64,000 bases of DNA from Squalus acanthias (taxonomy: Eukaryota). Every line of letters begins with the position of its first letter. Position 1 is the stretch's first letter. Shown here piece after piece: positions 22,720 through 35,930 of this stretch. Made by a program: the position numbers and the translations under genes. Location of the stretch: positions 53,818,001 through 53,882,000 of the forward strand of contig CM059432.1 in NCBI GenBank assembly GCA_030390025.1, written 5' to 3'. The notes beneath the pieces are model-generated. The model worked only from the letters and a program-made list of their open reading frames with translations. It searched no databases and was not told where the DNA came from.

Positions 22720-23120
22720 ATAAAAGAAAAGAAGTATTACTTCAATTATACAGAGCACTGATAATTTGGAATACTGTGTTCAGTTTTGGGCTCCCCACCT
22801 TAGGAAGAGTATACAGGCCTTGGAGAAAGTCCAGCAATGATTCACCAGGATGATACTTGGGATGAAGGGATTCAATAAAGAGGTCACTCTACACAAAAAA
22901 TATATTTTTGTAGCTGTTTTTTTCATGTATTAAAAAGGTGCGCCATTGTCTGGGATGAAGGGACTGAGTTATGATGAGAGACTGGGTAAACTCTGGTTAC
23001 ATTCCCTGAGAAAGTGAAGGGTGATCTGATTGAGATGTTTGAAATAATTACAGCAATGACAGAATAGACAGACAATGGTGCATCCCTTTAGGAGGGGAAT
23101 CCAGAACAAGGGCACATAAG
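22720..23120 (+). mobile_element. Old CR1 ORF2 fragment with an 80-bp templated insertion
   Basis: TTGGAATACTGTGTTCAGTTTTGGGCTCCCCACCTTAGGAAG (LEYCVQFWAPHLRK). Confidence 0.75.
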
Positions 23121-23239
23121 GGGAATGAATTTGGAAATGCTGTTGCACCACTAGCAGTGCAGTGGGGCAGAACCTCCTCGGCCGACCAGAGCTGTCCATG
23201 ACACCATTCCAAATCTTGAGACAGGGCCATTTAGATAAT

Positions 23240-23984
23240 GGCCCAGAAATTGATCTCGCTCTGTTCCCGCGGGGGTAAGGCTTCCCCACGATCTCTCACC
23301 TCGCTTGTGCTTTTTCAGATCCAGCTCGCACGAACTTGATGTTCTAGACATCAGCTGGGCAGTGCTTGCGTATCCCAGCGGCGTAGTGAATTCGTGCGAG
23401 CTGTGGGATCACGTGACTCAGTTAGAGCCAATGGCAGCACACCATCTTCCATTCATAAGTTTCACAGCACGGCTGTGAAATCTATGAATCTTACACCCCC
23501 CCAAAATAACAGCTAAACCTCAATTAAATTAAAAAAAAAAACCCATCACATTAATAAAATAAATATAGTTAATTAAATTAACCATTTTAAATAAAAAATT
23601 AAATTTTTGAAAAAATTTAAAATCTTTTAAAAAGTTATAAAAATAAACTTACCTGTCTTTAAAGTCTCTAAAAAAGATATACCTGTTAAAAAAAATTCAA
23701 AAAAATACTTAATTCACTACTTACCTTCTTAAAAGTGGGTCTTACTCCTCCTTTTTACATTTCCAAAATCTTCCGTACTTACCTGCGCGTCCAAAGCATG
23801 AAGTGCACAGCGTGCGCGCAGCCTGTAGCGCGCACGCGATGCACCGAGGACCCGCCCCCTTTTCAGAAGAGCAATTGCCGGTTTTCAGCGCATGCGCAGG
23901 GCATGCAGAAAACCGGCAATTGGAGTGGGAATACGCGAGAGTACGCAGTGCGTACTCTCGCGTCCCGGGATCAATTTTCGGCCC
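23240..23984. mobile_element. ~743-bp structured TIR element, copy 2
   Basis: GGCCCAGAAATT / AATTTTCGGCCC; flanks AAT/ATT (imperfect TSD). Confidence 0.88.
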
Positions 23985-24499
23985 ATTAGGGCTGATCACA
24001 CCCACTTGTAATGGTGCAGCTGGAGCTTCCAGCTCTGTGGAACATTGTTGATGTCAGAGCGAGATATCGAATCAGCCTCAAAATAAAGGATAACCAAACT
24101 TTTTTGAATTCATTCCCAAGATAGTAGGCCCAATCTGGAATGGTACTCGACCCTAATGGAATCAATTATCGTTCCATTCCTCAGTGGTGAGACGTATATT
24201 AGGCCCAGAATGGAACCTACATCTTCTCTCAGCAGATGCAGGCTCTGCTGGGCCAATGGGGGTGCATCTGGCAGGATTACTGGGGTAGCTCTGGAACACC
24301 CCAAGATGGGCTCCCAGACTGTTGCTGCAACATGAGTAAGGTGGGCATAAATAGCACCGGCCCCACCTCTGTTGGAATAATCTAAAATATTTTTATTGGA
24401 GTGATAACCCAGCAGATCCGGGTTCTTCCCCAAATTACAGATCCTATGCTGAGCCTGCCCTGGAAGTCCACAAAGCAGCAGGATTTCAACTTTATAATC

Positions 24500-25090
24500 A
24501 TAGAATTCGAGCTATACTGAACAAGAATGAATCCAGGGGAAACTTCTTCACACAAAAGATTGTGGGGATGTAGAATGCATTGTCCCAGATGCAAAGTCAA
24601 TTGAGGTGTTTACAATGGAGATACATATTTGTCTGGGATGTAAAGATAGTAGTGGAATTGGAGAAAAGGCAGGGAATTGAGATTTAAAAGACTGAGCTGC
24701 CACGACTAACAAAAATGACTTTGCGAGTGGAATTTGGGGATATAAGGGTAAATTTACTGATTTCCCCACCCATGGTGTGAGCACAAAGTGGAATATCATG
24801 GGCAGCAGGTCTGTGACTTTCCAATGCACACTCATAATGGGCCCGGTACCTTACCATGGGTGAGGAGTCAGAATATCTACTGTATATAGCCAGGATATTG
24901 GGGAACAGGTCGACAGAGATTATACTGAGGCTTCGTAACACACTCGTCATACCACAGCTGCAGAAGCATGTTCATTTTTCGGTTTCTACACCACAAAAAG
25001 AATGTACCTTGCAGAAGGTGCAGAGAAGGGGAACAAAAATCATCTTAAGTAAAGGGGATGACCGATGAGGAAAGATTAAGGGAAGCTCAC
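24500..25090 (+). mobile_element. Degraded CR1 fragments
   Basis: AACTTCTTCACACAAAAGATTGTGGGGATGTAGAATGCATTG and LQKVQRRGTKII-like remnants. Confidence 0.5.
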
Positions 25091-25289
25091 ACTGCACAGT
25101 ACATGGAAAGGAAGGTTTGCTTTGGCCTGACTTGCACAGAAACAGATTACCATGTTTGAGAATCGCTAAACCAAAGTACTGAGAATCCACAAAGTAGATA
25201 TTCTATTCACCTAACATGAAGTGCACACTTCCATTTACCTAATGACAGAGAATATAGTAGCAGGTTGGCAAGAGGCAAGGCATAGGGAC

Positions 25290-25443
25290 CAATGTTACCT
25301 TTTTTTTGGGGTGCACGGCCCCTTTAAGGGGCTGTGCGGCCCATTCACAGTTTTGCACACGTGCGAAACTTTACATAGGTAAAGCCGGTCCCGGGCTGCG
25401 AGGGACCGGCAGAGCGTGGCCGCGCACCTTATAGGGAACGTTG
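25290..25443. mobile_element. Short hAT-like MITE
   Basis: TIR CAATGTTACC / GGGAACGTTG; flanks ATAGGGAC / CCAGGGAT are a possible decayed 8-bp TSD. Confidence 0.55.
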
Positions 25444-25997
25444 CCAGGGATCATTCCCCTCCCAAGGATGTGTGAAGGAGCTGGAGTTTAATCAGTCAAA
25501 ATTGTGCAGTTTACCAGCAGAGGGCATTGATAAGATTGTTGCTGCTTGTGCATTGGTTTAAAGGTTTATCTGGAGCTGAGTGGTACGAATTCCAGCCCCG
25601 GCGACAGGTCAAAACAAATTATTTTGTCCATGATGTATTTTGGTTTTGTCTTTTCTTCATGGTATCTTTCAGGTTAAAACCAATCACACTTAACAAAATA
25701 CACCAGTTTAGGAACTCTAAATGCGGTGTATCTATTCACAGAGATAAACTGGCTGGATTGAGGCAAATTGACTTTTGATGTGTTAATACTGGTTAATGGC
25801 AAAGCTATTTAAGTTGATCTCACCCGAAGCACTTTCTTTTAACTGCTTGCTTTGTTCTGCAAGTAGCCAATCAAAATCAATGGGGTTTTCGGCAGGAGGA
25901 CAATGAATTGGTGTCCAACACTCTTGACCTAGATTTTCCTCTTCGGCCCATTTGGCCGTGCCCTCACCCCATTGGATATCCTGGTGTAAGTCTTATT

Positions 25998-26680
25998 ACA
26001 ACAACAGCTTGCATTTACATAGCGCCTTTATGTAATAAAACGTCCCAAAGGCGTTTCACAGGTGCTTAATCAGACAAAAATTGACACCGAGCCTATGAAA
26101 TATTAGGATAAGTGACTATAAGCTTGATTAAAGAGGTAGGTTTTCAGGAGCGTCTTAAAGGAGGAGAGAAAAGTGGGGAGGCAGAGAGGGTTAGGGAGAG
26201 AATTGCAGAAGTTAGGACCTAGATGACTGAAGGTATGGCTGGCAATGGTGGGGCAAAGGAAGTAAAGGCTGTACAAGAGGCCAGAGCTGAAGGAACACAG
26301 AGTTCTCAGAGGGTTGTAGGGCTAGAGGAGGTTACAGAGTTAGGGAGGCGCGAGGCCATGGGGTGATTTGAATACGATGAGGAGGATTTTAAAGTCAAGG
26401 CGTTGGTGGACCGGGAGCCAATGTAGGTCAGCGAGCACCTGGGTGAACGGGACTTAGTGCGAGCTAGGATACGGGCAGCAGGGTTTTGAATAAGCTTAAG
26501 TTTATGGAGAGTAGAAGATGGGAGGCCAGCCAGGAGAACATTGGAATAGTCCAGTCTGGAGGTACCAAAAGCATGGATGAGTGTTTCAGCAACAGATGGG
26601 CTGAGGCAGGGGCCGAGACAGCCAATATTATGGAGGTGGAAATAAGTATTACAGAGGTGAAATATAATAATATTTTTGCG
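25998..26680 (-). mobile_element. L2 LINE 3' fragment
   Basis: AETLIHAFGTSRLDYSNVLLAGLP..LKLIQNPAARIL; L2-type end GGCGCTATGTAAATGCAAGCTGTTGTTG on -. Confidence 0.85.
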
Positions 26681-26931
26681 GGCACCTGACGGTATTCCCA
26701 CCTGCACCAGGGGGCCCATGTCTGGGGAAGGAGTGTAATAATGTTGCTGGCAGCCATGAAAGCCTACAGCAGTTGAGCTTCCTCTGAAGAGAAAACCCTT
26801 TTTTTTTTGCTGGGTTTGGGACTGTAGTTGATCGATCTGTGATCCCATCTCGTCTGCCATAGTAATGCTGGACACCAAGAATATGCTAGTGTTCCTAGTG
26901 TTGCTATAGTGGTAATGATGGAAAAAATATC

Positions 26932-27673
26932 GGCCCAGAAATTGATCTCGCTCTGTTCCCGCGGGGGTAAGGAGCAGGCACGATCTCTCACTCCGCGTTG
27001 GCTTTTTCAGATCCAGCTCGCACGAACTTGATGTTCTAGACATCAGCTGGGCAGTGCTTGCGTATCCCACCGGCGTAGTGAATTCGTGCGAGCTGTGGGA
27101 TCACGTGACTCAGTTAGAGCCAATGGCAGCACACCATCTTCCATTCATAAGTTTCACATACGTGCGGTGAAAGCTATGAATCTTACACACCCCCAAAATA
27201 ACAGCTAAACCTCAATTAAATTTAAAAAAAAACATCACATTAATAAAATAAGTATAGTTAAATAAATTAACCATTTTAAATAAAAAATTAAATTTTTGAA
27301 AAAATTTAAAATCTTTTAAAAACTTATAAAAATAAACTTACCTGTCTTTAAAGTCTCTAAAAAAGATATACCTGTTAAAAAAAATTCAAAATAATACTTA
27401 ATTCACTACTTACCTTGTTAAAAGTGGGTCTTACTCCTCCTTTTTTCGTTTCTAAAATCTTCCGTCCTTACCTGCGCGTCCAAAGCACTAAGTGCACAGC
27501 GTGCGCGCAGCCTGTAGCGCGCACGCGGTGCACCGAGGAACCGCCCCCTTTTCCAAAGACCAAGTGCCGGTTTTCAGCGCATGCGCAGTGCATGCAGAAA
27601 ACCGGCAATTGGAGAGAGAATACGCGAGAGTACGCAGTGCGTACTCTCGCGCAGCGGGATCAATTTTTGGCCC
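26932..27673. mobile_element. ~743-bp structured TIR element, copy 3
   Basis: GGCCCAGAAATT / AATTTTTGGCCC; ATC TSD (26929-26931, 27674-27676). Confidence 0.9.
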
Positions 27674-27969
27674 ATCATAATGTCAGGTGCAGGGAGTTTA
27701 TGCAAATTGTTCAAATAAACTAACCGTGTAAAATTGGGCACAGTCAGCTCAGTGCACTGTGGGCCCAGCTTGCAAGGACATTGTTAGCTCCGATTTCTCT
27801 ACTATCACAAATTTGGTTCTATAATCTTTCTTAAACTTTCAATCTCAAAGTGAGAAATTATTTTGTTGGGAATGGAAAGCTTGTCTAACTTTTCTATCCA
27901 CTGTCAGCATCACGCACTCCTAGGATAGTTGTGCCACGAGCTAAATATAAGATAAAGGTGGATGGGGGA

Positions 27970-28952
27970 AGGGCAGTGTCCTAGGCCCAACCATCTTCAG
28001 CTGCATCATCAATGACCTTCCCTCCAACATAAGGTCAGAAATGGGGATGTTCGCTGATGACTGCACAGTGTTCAGCGCCATTCACAACTCCACAGATAAT
28101 GAAGCAGTCCATGCCCGCATGCAACAAGACCTGGACGACATTCTTGGGCTGATAAGTGGCAGGTAACATTCGCGCCACAGAAGTGCCAGGCAATGACTAT
28201 CTCCAACAAGCGAGAGTCTAACCACCGCCCCATGACATTCAATGGCATTACCATCACCGAATCCCCCACCATCAACATCCTGGGGGTCACCATTGACCAG
28301 AAACTTAACTGGACCAGCCACATAAATACTGTGGCAACAAGAGCAGGTCAGAGGCTAGGTATTCTGTGGCGAATGTCTCACCTCCTGACTCCCCAAAGCC
28401 TTTCTACCATCTACAAGGCACAAGTAAGGAGTGTGATGGAATACTCTCCACTTGCCTGGATGAGTGCAGCTCCAACAACACTCAAGAAGCTCAACACCGT
28501 ACAAGACAAAGCAGCCCGCTTGATTGGCACCCCATCGACCACCTTAAACATTCACTCCCTCCACCACCAGCGTACCGTGGCTGCAGTGTGTACCATCTAC
28601 AAGATGCACTGCAGCAACTCGTCAAGGCTTCTTCGGCAGCACCTCCCAAACCCGCGACCTCTTCCACCTAGAAGGACAAGGGCAGCAGGTGCATGGGAAC
28701 ACCATCACCTCCAAGTTCCCCTCCAAGTCACACACCATCATGACTGAGAAGTATATCGCCGATCCTTCATCGTCGCTGGGTCAAAATCCTGGAACTCCCT
28801 ACCTAACAGCACTGTGGGAGTACCTTCACCACACGGACTGCAGCGGTTCAAGAAGGTGGCTCACCACCACCTTCTCAAGGGCAATTAGGAATGGGCAATA
28901 AATGCTGGCCTTGCCAGCGACGCCCACATCCCATAAACGAATAAAAAAAAAT
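27970..28952 (+). mobile_element. 5'-truncated copy of the 13175-16322 LINE family
   Basis: Colinear with 15336-16322 (SVLGPTIFSC..FADD..); poly(A) end. Confidence 0.9.
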
Positions 28953-28954
28953 AT

Positions 28955-29880
28955 GGTGTACATGGACTTTCAACCCTTTGACAATGTACCACATAGGAGA
29001 ATACTGGAGAAGATTAAAGGGTATGAAATTAGGGAGGGAGAAGGTGGAAAATTGGATTAAAAACTGGTTAAAAGGAAGGAAACAGAGATTAGGAATTAAG
29101 GGCAATTTCTTATAGTGGTTGGGAGTGGTTAGCAGTATCCCACAGGGTTCTGTGTTGGGATTGCTTCTGTTCACTGTGTATATCAATGGTTTGTACATAG
29201 GGTGTGAAGGAGCGGTATCCAAATGTATAGATGATGCTCAGTATGAGGCATAGTAAATAATCAATAAAATGGTAGATGGAATTCAATGATCATTAATGTA
29301 AGGTGGTATATTTTGGTTAATGAAAAGTAATAATTATAGGGAAAGGCTGGGTAATATGGGAGAGCACGTGTATTTGTGGGTGCCAGTTCTCAAATGAATA
29401 AGGCCATAGAAAATGCTAATGGAATTACTGCATTTTATGGCAAGAGGTAGAGAATAAAACAGTCAAGATGTAATAGTGAATCTATATAAAATTTTAATAA
29501 GACAGCACTTGGCGTACTGTTTGCAGTTTTGGGCTTGGCGCTATAGAAAGGATGTTGACGCAGATTCACTAGAAATCTGCAAATACAAATAGAAGGAAAG
29601 ACTTGAAAATGGGTCTGTTTTCATTAGAACAAAGGATTTACGTGTGATTTGATAGAGGTGTTTAAATTTATGAAGGAATGGGACAGAGTAGATATAAACA
29701 GATTGTTTTCAGTGGTTGAGGGATCTAGAATGAACATAGATATAAGGTTAAATGTTAGAGATTTAGGACAGAGAGCAGAAGAAACATTTTTTTATGCAGA
29801 GGGCTGTGAGAATTTGGAATATACTACCAGTTAGTGATTGAACCACAGACCAGGTCAACTTTTAAGAATAGGTTAGATTA
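28955..29880 (+). mobile_element. Old degraded CR1 ORF2 fragment
   Basis: ATCCCACAGGGTTCTGTGTTGGGA (PQGSVLG), TACTGTTTGCAGTTTTGG, IEVFKFMK remnants. Confidence 0.7.
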
Positions 29881-29906
29881 GATTCATATTACATAGTATT
29901 ACATAA

Positions 29907-30381
29907 GAAAGAAAGAAAGACTTGCATTTATATAGCACCTTTCACGACCACTGGACGTCCCAAAGTGCTTTACAGCCAATTAAGCACTTTTTGAAGTGTA
30001 GTCACTGTTGTAATGTAGGAAATGCAGCAGACAATTTGCGCTTGGCAAACTCCCACAAACAGCAATGTGATAATGACCAGATAATCTGTTCTAGTGATGT
30101 TGATTGAGGGATAAATATTGGTCAGGACACCGGGGATAACTCCCCTGCTCTTCTTCGAAATAGTGCCATAGGATCTTTTACGTCCACCTGAGAGAGCAGA
30201 CAAGGCCTTGGTTTAATGTCTCATCTGAAAGACAGCACCTCCGACAGTGCAGCACTCCCTCAGCACTGCGCTGGAGTGTCAGCCTAGATTTTTGTACTCA
30301 AGTCTCTGGAGTGGGACTTTGAACCCACAATCTTCTGACTCCGAGGCAAGAGTGCTAACAACTGAACCACTAGCTGACACT
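29907..30381 (-). mobile_element. tRNA-headed Deu-type SINE with L2-like tail (SacSINE1/AmnSINE-like)
   Basis: Minus strand: GTGTCAGCTAGTGGTTCAGTTG..GGGTTCAAAGTCCC head, GCTGTCTTTCAGATGAGACATTAAACC core, ..GCTATATAAATGCAAGTC(TTTC)n tail. Confidence 0.85.
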
Positions 30382-30550
30382 ACTATTTACTGCACAGAAA
30401 CAGGCCATTTGGCCCAACAGATAGTTGAAGGAAAAGGGAATTATGGGAACAGGGTGGTGACATGGGATTAGGACTTCTGCTCGTATGGAGGATAAACACC
30501 AGCACAGACTGCTTGATCCAAAGGGCCTGTGTCCGTGTTGTAATGACAAG

Positions 30551-32736
30551 GGCCTAGAAATTCGTGTTCGCCACGAAAGTTGTTGGTGTCACCGGCAACT
30601 GGAGTTAACAGCCGCTGAAAATGGCTGCAATGCTAAGGAGAATAAATTCATCTGTGGGGCTGGAGATTGGTGGCGCAGCACTAACCTTCCATGTAACGCC
30701 CTCCTGGTGGCATTAGTGGAGGCCTCCGAGGCGAAGTTCCCATCCTGAAGTGACGTTTGAGCTTCGCACAGCCTCTGGGAGTGAGGCTGTGGAGCTCGCA
30801 AGGAATTGTGGGAAATTAAAAGGGCTGTGAATTAAAGGGGCAATGCGCGCAAAACTAATACAAATTAAAATGCAGTGAAAAAATGCAGTTTTCAGCCCTT
30901 ACTGCGTTTCAAAAAAAATTAACATTAATAAGAAGACCCAAATGTGATTATTCAGCTCTTGAAGCTAAATTCCCTTCCGAACCTCAAAAATGTGAAAACT
31001 TCTTCACCACTAACACAAATGGCTCAGCAAGCCAGGGAAGGGGCACCCAGGGTCTCGCACGCAGCACTCCAACTTTGTGCAGGGGTTCAACACTGCAAGA
31101 CAGGTCATCTACACAAAGGGGCCAGGAGGCCCTCCAGAAAGAAGGATGTGGGACAACATCACCGAGGCCGCCACTGCCAGCAGTCCACCCGCACCACCCC
31201 GCCACCCACCTCCCCCCCACCCACCCCCCCCCCCCACACCCCCCCACCCCACCACCTGGCTCCAGTGCCCAAAGAAGCTTCATGACCTCAAACCAGTGGT
31301 CCAGGTCAGTGAATGCATCTTCAAAAGCCATCTCCTGCCAACTGCACCACTAAGCTCACACACTGCTCAATGCACGATTCCCACCCCCAATCACTCACCT
31401 ACCAACAATCTGAAACAATCATGAGGCACATCTCCCATTCCTAGCCTCACCTCACCCCCTTGGAGGAGACGGTGCAGGCCATTCTTGGCATGGGCATGGC
31501 TGAGCCCTTGGCCAGTGGCGGGGCTGAAAGGATACAAGATACGGGTATCCTCATACGTTATCCTCCTTCTGGCATGACTTGCTTTCCCGCCCTCCCCTCA
31601 CCACAACCCTACCCTTGTGCCTTCCTCATTTCACACACCCAAGAAATGCAGCCTGCCCAGCCAGTGGTTGACCAAGAAGAGAGACAGGAGAGTGAAGAAG
31701 AAGAAGAAGAAGAAGAAACACCATCACTCGGTTTGACACTCCCAGCCACCAGCTCTCAAGGTCGACCAGCAGGGCCATTTGCAGTGTCCCCCACTGAAAG
31801 TCAGCAGCTTTCCACCAGCCATGCTGCAGCTACTGGGGTAGAACTGTGTGATATCAGTAGGACAGGCAAAGGCACACACAAGACAGTCACTAAGAGAATG
31901 CATAAGGGTGATGAGTTGATTTCTTGATGTCATATTGGATGAACAGATGTATAAAGTTGGATTGGAATGCTTGCTTTGTGGTGCCTTTTATTTTAGCATC
32001 GTGGCCAAGAGGATGCTGTGATGGTCAGTAACAGAGGGAAGGTAAGGTGTGGGGCTAATGTTGAAAGGGGAATTGGGGTTGTGGTCACTGGTACCACAAG
32101 CGAATGATTCCGTCCTGGATATCCCAGCCAGGAAGGGACTGTCTGGGTTGCATCTTTCCTTCTGCTTCTTCCTCTTCTGCTTCTTCCTCTTCCCTCTGCG
32201 AGCGGATGCTGCAAATCTGAAATGACAGCATAAAATGCTGGAAATACTCAGCAGCTCAGGCAGCATCTCAGCTTGAGGCATGAACTCTGTTTCTTCCTCC
32301 ATGGATGTTGCCTGACCTGCTGAGTATTTTGCAGCATTTTCTGTCTTCTCAGAGGCCTTCCTTTACAATCCGAGGCCTTGCAAGCATCCAGCGGCACTCC
32401 CTACACACTTAAAAAGTTTTAAAATCTATTGCAGCAAGCCACTATTTCAATAAAATCAAAAAAAACCAGTCCAAAAGCTTAAATGCAAACTTACCTGAAA
32501 GATGTGTGTGTCCCTTTAAAAGGTGCTGACTTCACCACTGTCAGCCTGCTTGCATGCCAGCATGCTTAGGACCAAGCGCTGAATTCACCACTAGGGTTGA
32601 AGTTTGGTGTGGTGACGTTAAGTCGGCGTTGCATGCCAATTAACATCACCATGCTGCCATTTTTTTCCAGGGCGGCCGCCATTTTTCACCATTCATGGCG
32701 CTACGGAGTGGTGGTAAGTAGATGAATTTCTAGCCC
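30551..32736. mobile_element. Internally deleted Harbinger (family B-like) with Myb gene remnant
   Basis: TIR GGCCTAGAAATTC / GAATTTCTAGCCC; MAQQAREGAPRVSHAAL at 31019; KKLHDL..Q|GTCAGT; acidic exon 3; TSD not matched. Confidence 0.75.
32203..32345. mobile_element. Penelope-like fold-back remnant
   Basis: Same inverted-repeat arms as 20422-20850 (AAAATGCTGGAAATACTCAGCAG / CTGCTGAGTATTTTGCAGCATTTT). Confidence 0.7.
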
Positions 32737-34859
32737 TATGTCTTTCCATGTAATAGTCAGCCTTAACAATAGGGGAAGATGTCCTCTGCTATGTGTAGTG
32801 AAACTGTAAACACATCCTTTATAAATGCCCTCATAATTTCATGACACATAGCACACAGAAAGAAACCTCTCTCCAATATCTCTAAATCCAGCTCCCTGGC
32901 TGTCGTGCTTGTACCCTCTTTGAATGTGAGTAACAATTTAGTGCTAATTAGTCGCAAATTAATGCATTTTTGTCAATCAGTAAGGTTCAAACTGCTTAAA
33001 ACCTTGACAGTTGATAGAAAAAGGAGGCTTTAATCCCAGCATATTTAATTGGGTGCAAATTTGGTCCCAAAGTCAAAGGACAGTGGTCCAACACACTGCA
33101 CCACCCTCTTAGCCATAATTTTTCTCACATGAATCAAATTAACAGTTCTAAAGATCAGAAATGCTATTCACTGCCTGCAGTTGCTATTGGTAATGCAGAT
33201 CTATTTTTGTCTCATCGCAGACTTAAAGAAAATCTTTACCATTTTCAAAGTTTAAATCACAAACACAAATCAGCTTCAGTAGAGGCTGTCCTTGAGGTTG
33301 GGGTAAGAGACTCTATTCAGGTAAAGCAGAAGCACCTTTATTCTACATATTCTACAATACTATGCCTCATGAGTCCGGGGGCAGTACTCACCGCTATATC
33401 CCACTGGTTAGCCTATTGTTTAGGATGGCGATTGAAGTGTACTAAATATCCAATATCGTCCGTGAAATTCTTTCCAAATTGCCTTGAATGGACCCTCTGA
33501 AACAGTTCTGAGAGAGCGTTACGCGAATTACATTTGACTTAAAAAAAAATTATATGAGTTACAATGCTGAGCTGTTAATTTGGGCAGTTCTTCAAAATTA
33601 CCATGAAAGTGATTTGAAGGGGCACAAATGAGTGCAATGATTTTGTACTTTTTTAATTGTTGAAAGTACTCTTAGAGCTATCAAAATGTATTGGCAGTTT
33701 GAAGGTTTTGCCTTTGACAAGTTTTCTCCTGGTAGTGTTCAAGATAAAGCAAAGTGGCATTGTTTTCTAAAACGCTGTTATGTTTATCCGTGTTCTGGTA
33801 CATTAGCGATGTTTGTACAAATCTCTATTTAAAATCTGCTTGCAAAGTTTTCCCCTACTCCAGTTCAATTTAGTTTAAAAGTCAAATAATCTTGTGGCAT
33901 TCAGTGCTGAGATCAATATATTATTGACTTACGGTTACAATGTTTTATTAGTGTAAAGACGATTCAACCCCTGTCCACCAATGGTGTCAAATGTTTTGTT
34001 TTCCCTTTCTTTCCTATCAAAGAAACAGTGACAATCCACTATGTGCAAATTCACAAGCAGCTTAACATGCAACAAATAAATAATGGAACAATGGCATAAT
34101 GTATTATTGTTATGGAGAAAATAATAATTCTTCTAATGGTTCAAAGGGAAGAAAGAACATGTTGCAATATAATTGGCCCAATGGGACTAAATCATGGGCA
34201 GTGACTTGATGCAAAAGCTGATCCCTGCTGCTTTAGCTGGTGAGTGGGAGGTGAGTGAGTGATGATGTAGTGGGGCAGTGGGGAATTACTGATTAAACTG
34301 TTCAGTTTCAAAACTTTGATTTCAGTTATTGCAACCAGGAAATTCCAGTCAATACAGAATGCAATGTTATGGTACATAACAGAAGGTCAGACTGAATTAT
34401 AGAATTAAGAATGTGTATTAGCATTTGATTTGTACTCTAGTCACTAGTTGCAGTTTCTCCAGTGTGAGGACTGATTTACACCATGGACACAGCAGGGCAC
34501 TTCTGAGTGTTGATAAGACTGCACGTATGTGACCAAATAGGGAAAGGAGAGAGAAAGAAGAAGTCTTTGTTATGGCTAGCATCTCTGTTGTCATGGTAAC
34601 AACTAGGCTGATCCTGGTATGAAAGTAGTATGAAGCTATACCATACTTTTGGTTTGACTTCCACAGATGGTGTTATAGAGAGAGTCTTGTGCATAATATT
34701 ATACAAATTATAAGGTTATTCTTCGTTGGATCTTATGGGCAGATTCAGCAGTCCTGAATGCTGGAAGAGCAGGTGCACAACCAATGCACAGGAGCACTGA
34801 ATTGGGACACCAGGCCCTGTGCCAATGTCCCATTTCACTGCAGTTCAATGCTTTTCTGC

Positions 34860-35930
34860 ATTTCTGAGTTGCACAGGCGAGGACCAAGATGACCAGCAGC
34901 ACCACCAGGAGCAGCAGTACCAGCAACAGCACCAGCAGCAACAGGACCAGCCTGCTGCTCACAGGCCTGCAGCTCCACAGGAGAGAGGGGATCAGCGGAG
35001 AGGTGCAGCTCGCAGGAGGCCATACTTGGCACACAGGGTCTACAGGCAGAGGATAACCTTCCTCAACATGTCAGAACACCAAGTGTCGCAGGAGGTTCAG
35101 GGTGTCACGTGAGGAGGTGGCAGACATTTGCAGCCTGCTGGAACAAGAGCTGCTGCCAACTATACTTGGTGGCCACGCTTTACCAGTGGCTGTCAAAGTC
35201 ACCACCGCCCTCAACACTTTTGCTTCTAGATCCTTCCAGGGCTCTGCTGGAGCATTTTCAGGATCTCACAGTCGGTGCCACACAAATGCATAAGTTAGGT
35301 GATTGATAGCTTGTTTACCAGGGCTGCCAATCATGTCAACTTTGCCTGCGATGATGCCTGTCAGTGTGAGCGGATGCTCAGGTTTGAGGCTCTGGCTGAC
35401 TTCCCACGGGTGCAGGGCGTCATCGCCTGCACACATGTGGCAATTAAGGCACCCCCAGGTCACCCAGGAGTATTCATCACCCGTAAGGGCTTCCACTCCA
35501 TCAATGTGCAGCTGGTGTGCAACCACAAAAAGATCTTTATGCAGGTGTGTGCAAGATTCCTGGGCAGCTGCCATGATGTTTTCGTCCTGCCCACCTTCCC
35601 TGATCTCTTCACACCTCGAAGTAGAGTTACTGGCTGGCTGCTCGGCATCAAGGGACACCCACTTAAAACATGGCTGATGACACCTCCCAGAAACCTGAGG
35701 AATGAAGCCTAGGAGCAATACAATGAATGCCATATGATTACCAGGCATGCTTCAGGTGCCTGGGCAGATCTGGGGGCACCTTTCAGTGCACACCAGCCAG
35801 GGTCTCCAGAATGGTCCTGCTGAAGATGCGCTCTGCACAACATTGTGCAGCAGCGAGGTTTGGACCTGCAGGAGGAACAAGGAGGAACAAGGCTGCCCAG
35901 GATGCCCTCATTATTCTGAGGTTCACTTAG
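34860..35930 (+). pseudogene. HARBI1-like transposase remnant
   Basis: ALPVAVKVTTALNTFA, DFPRVQGVIACTHVAIK, RKGFHSINVQLVC, GSCHD, WLLGIKGHPL; multiple frameshifts. Confidence 0.88.

Noticed and set aside
26306..27070. 254-aa ORF
   Set aside because: Chance read-through from a TIR element across unique DNA into an L2 fragment.
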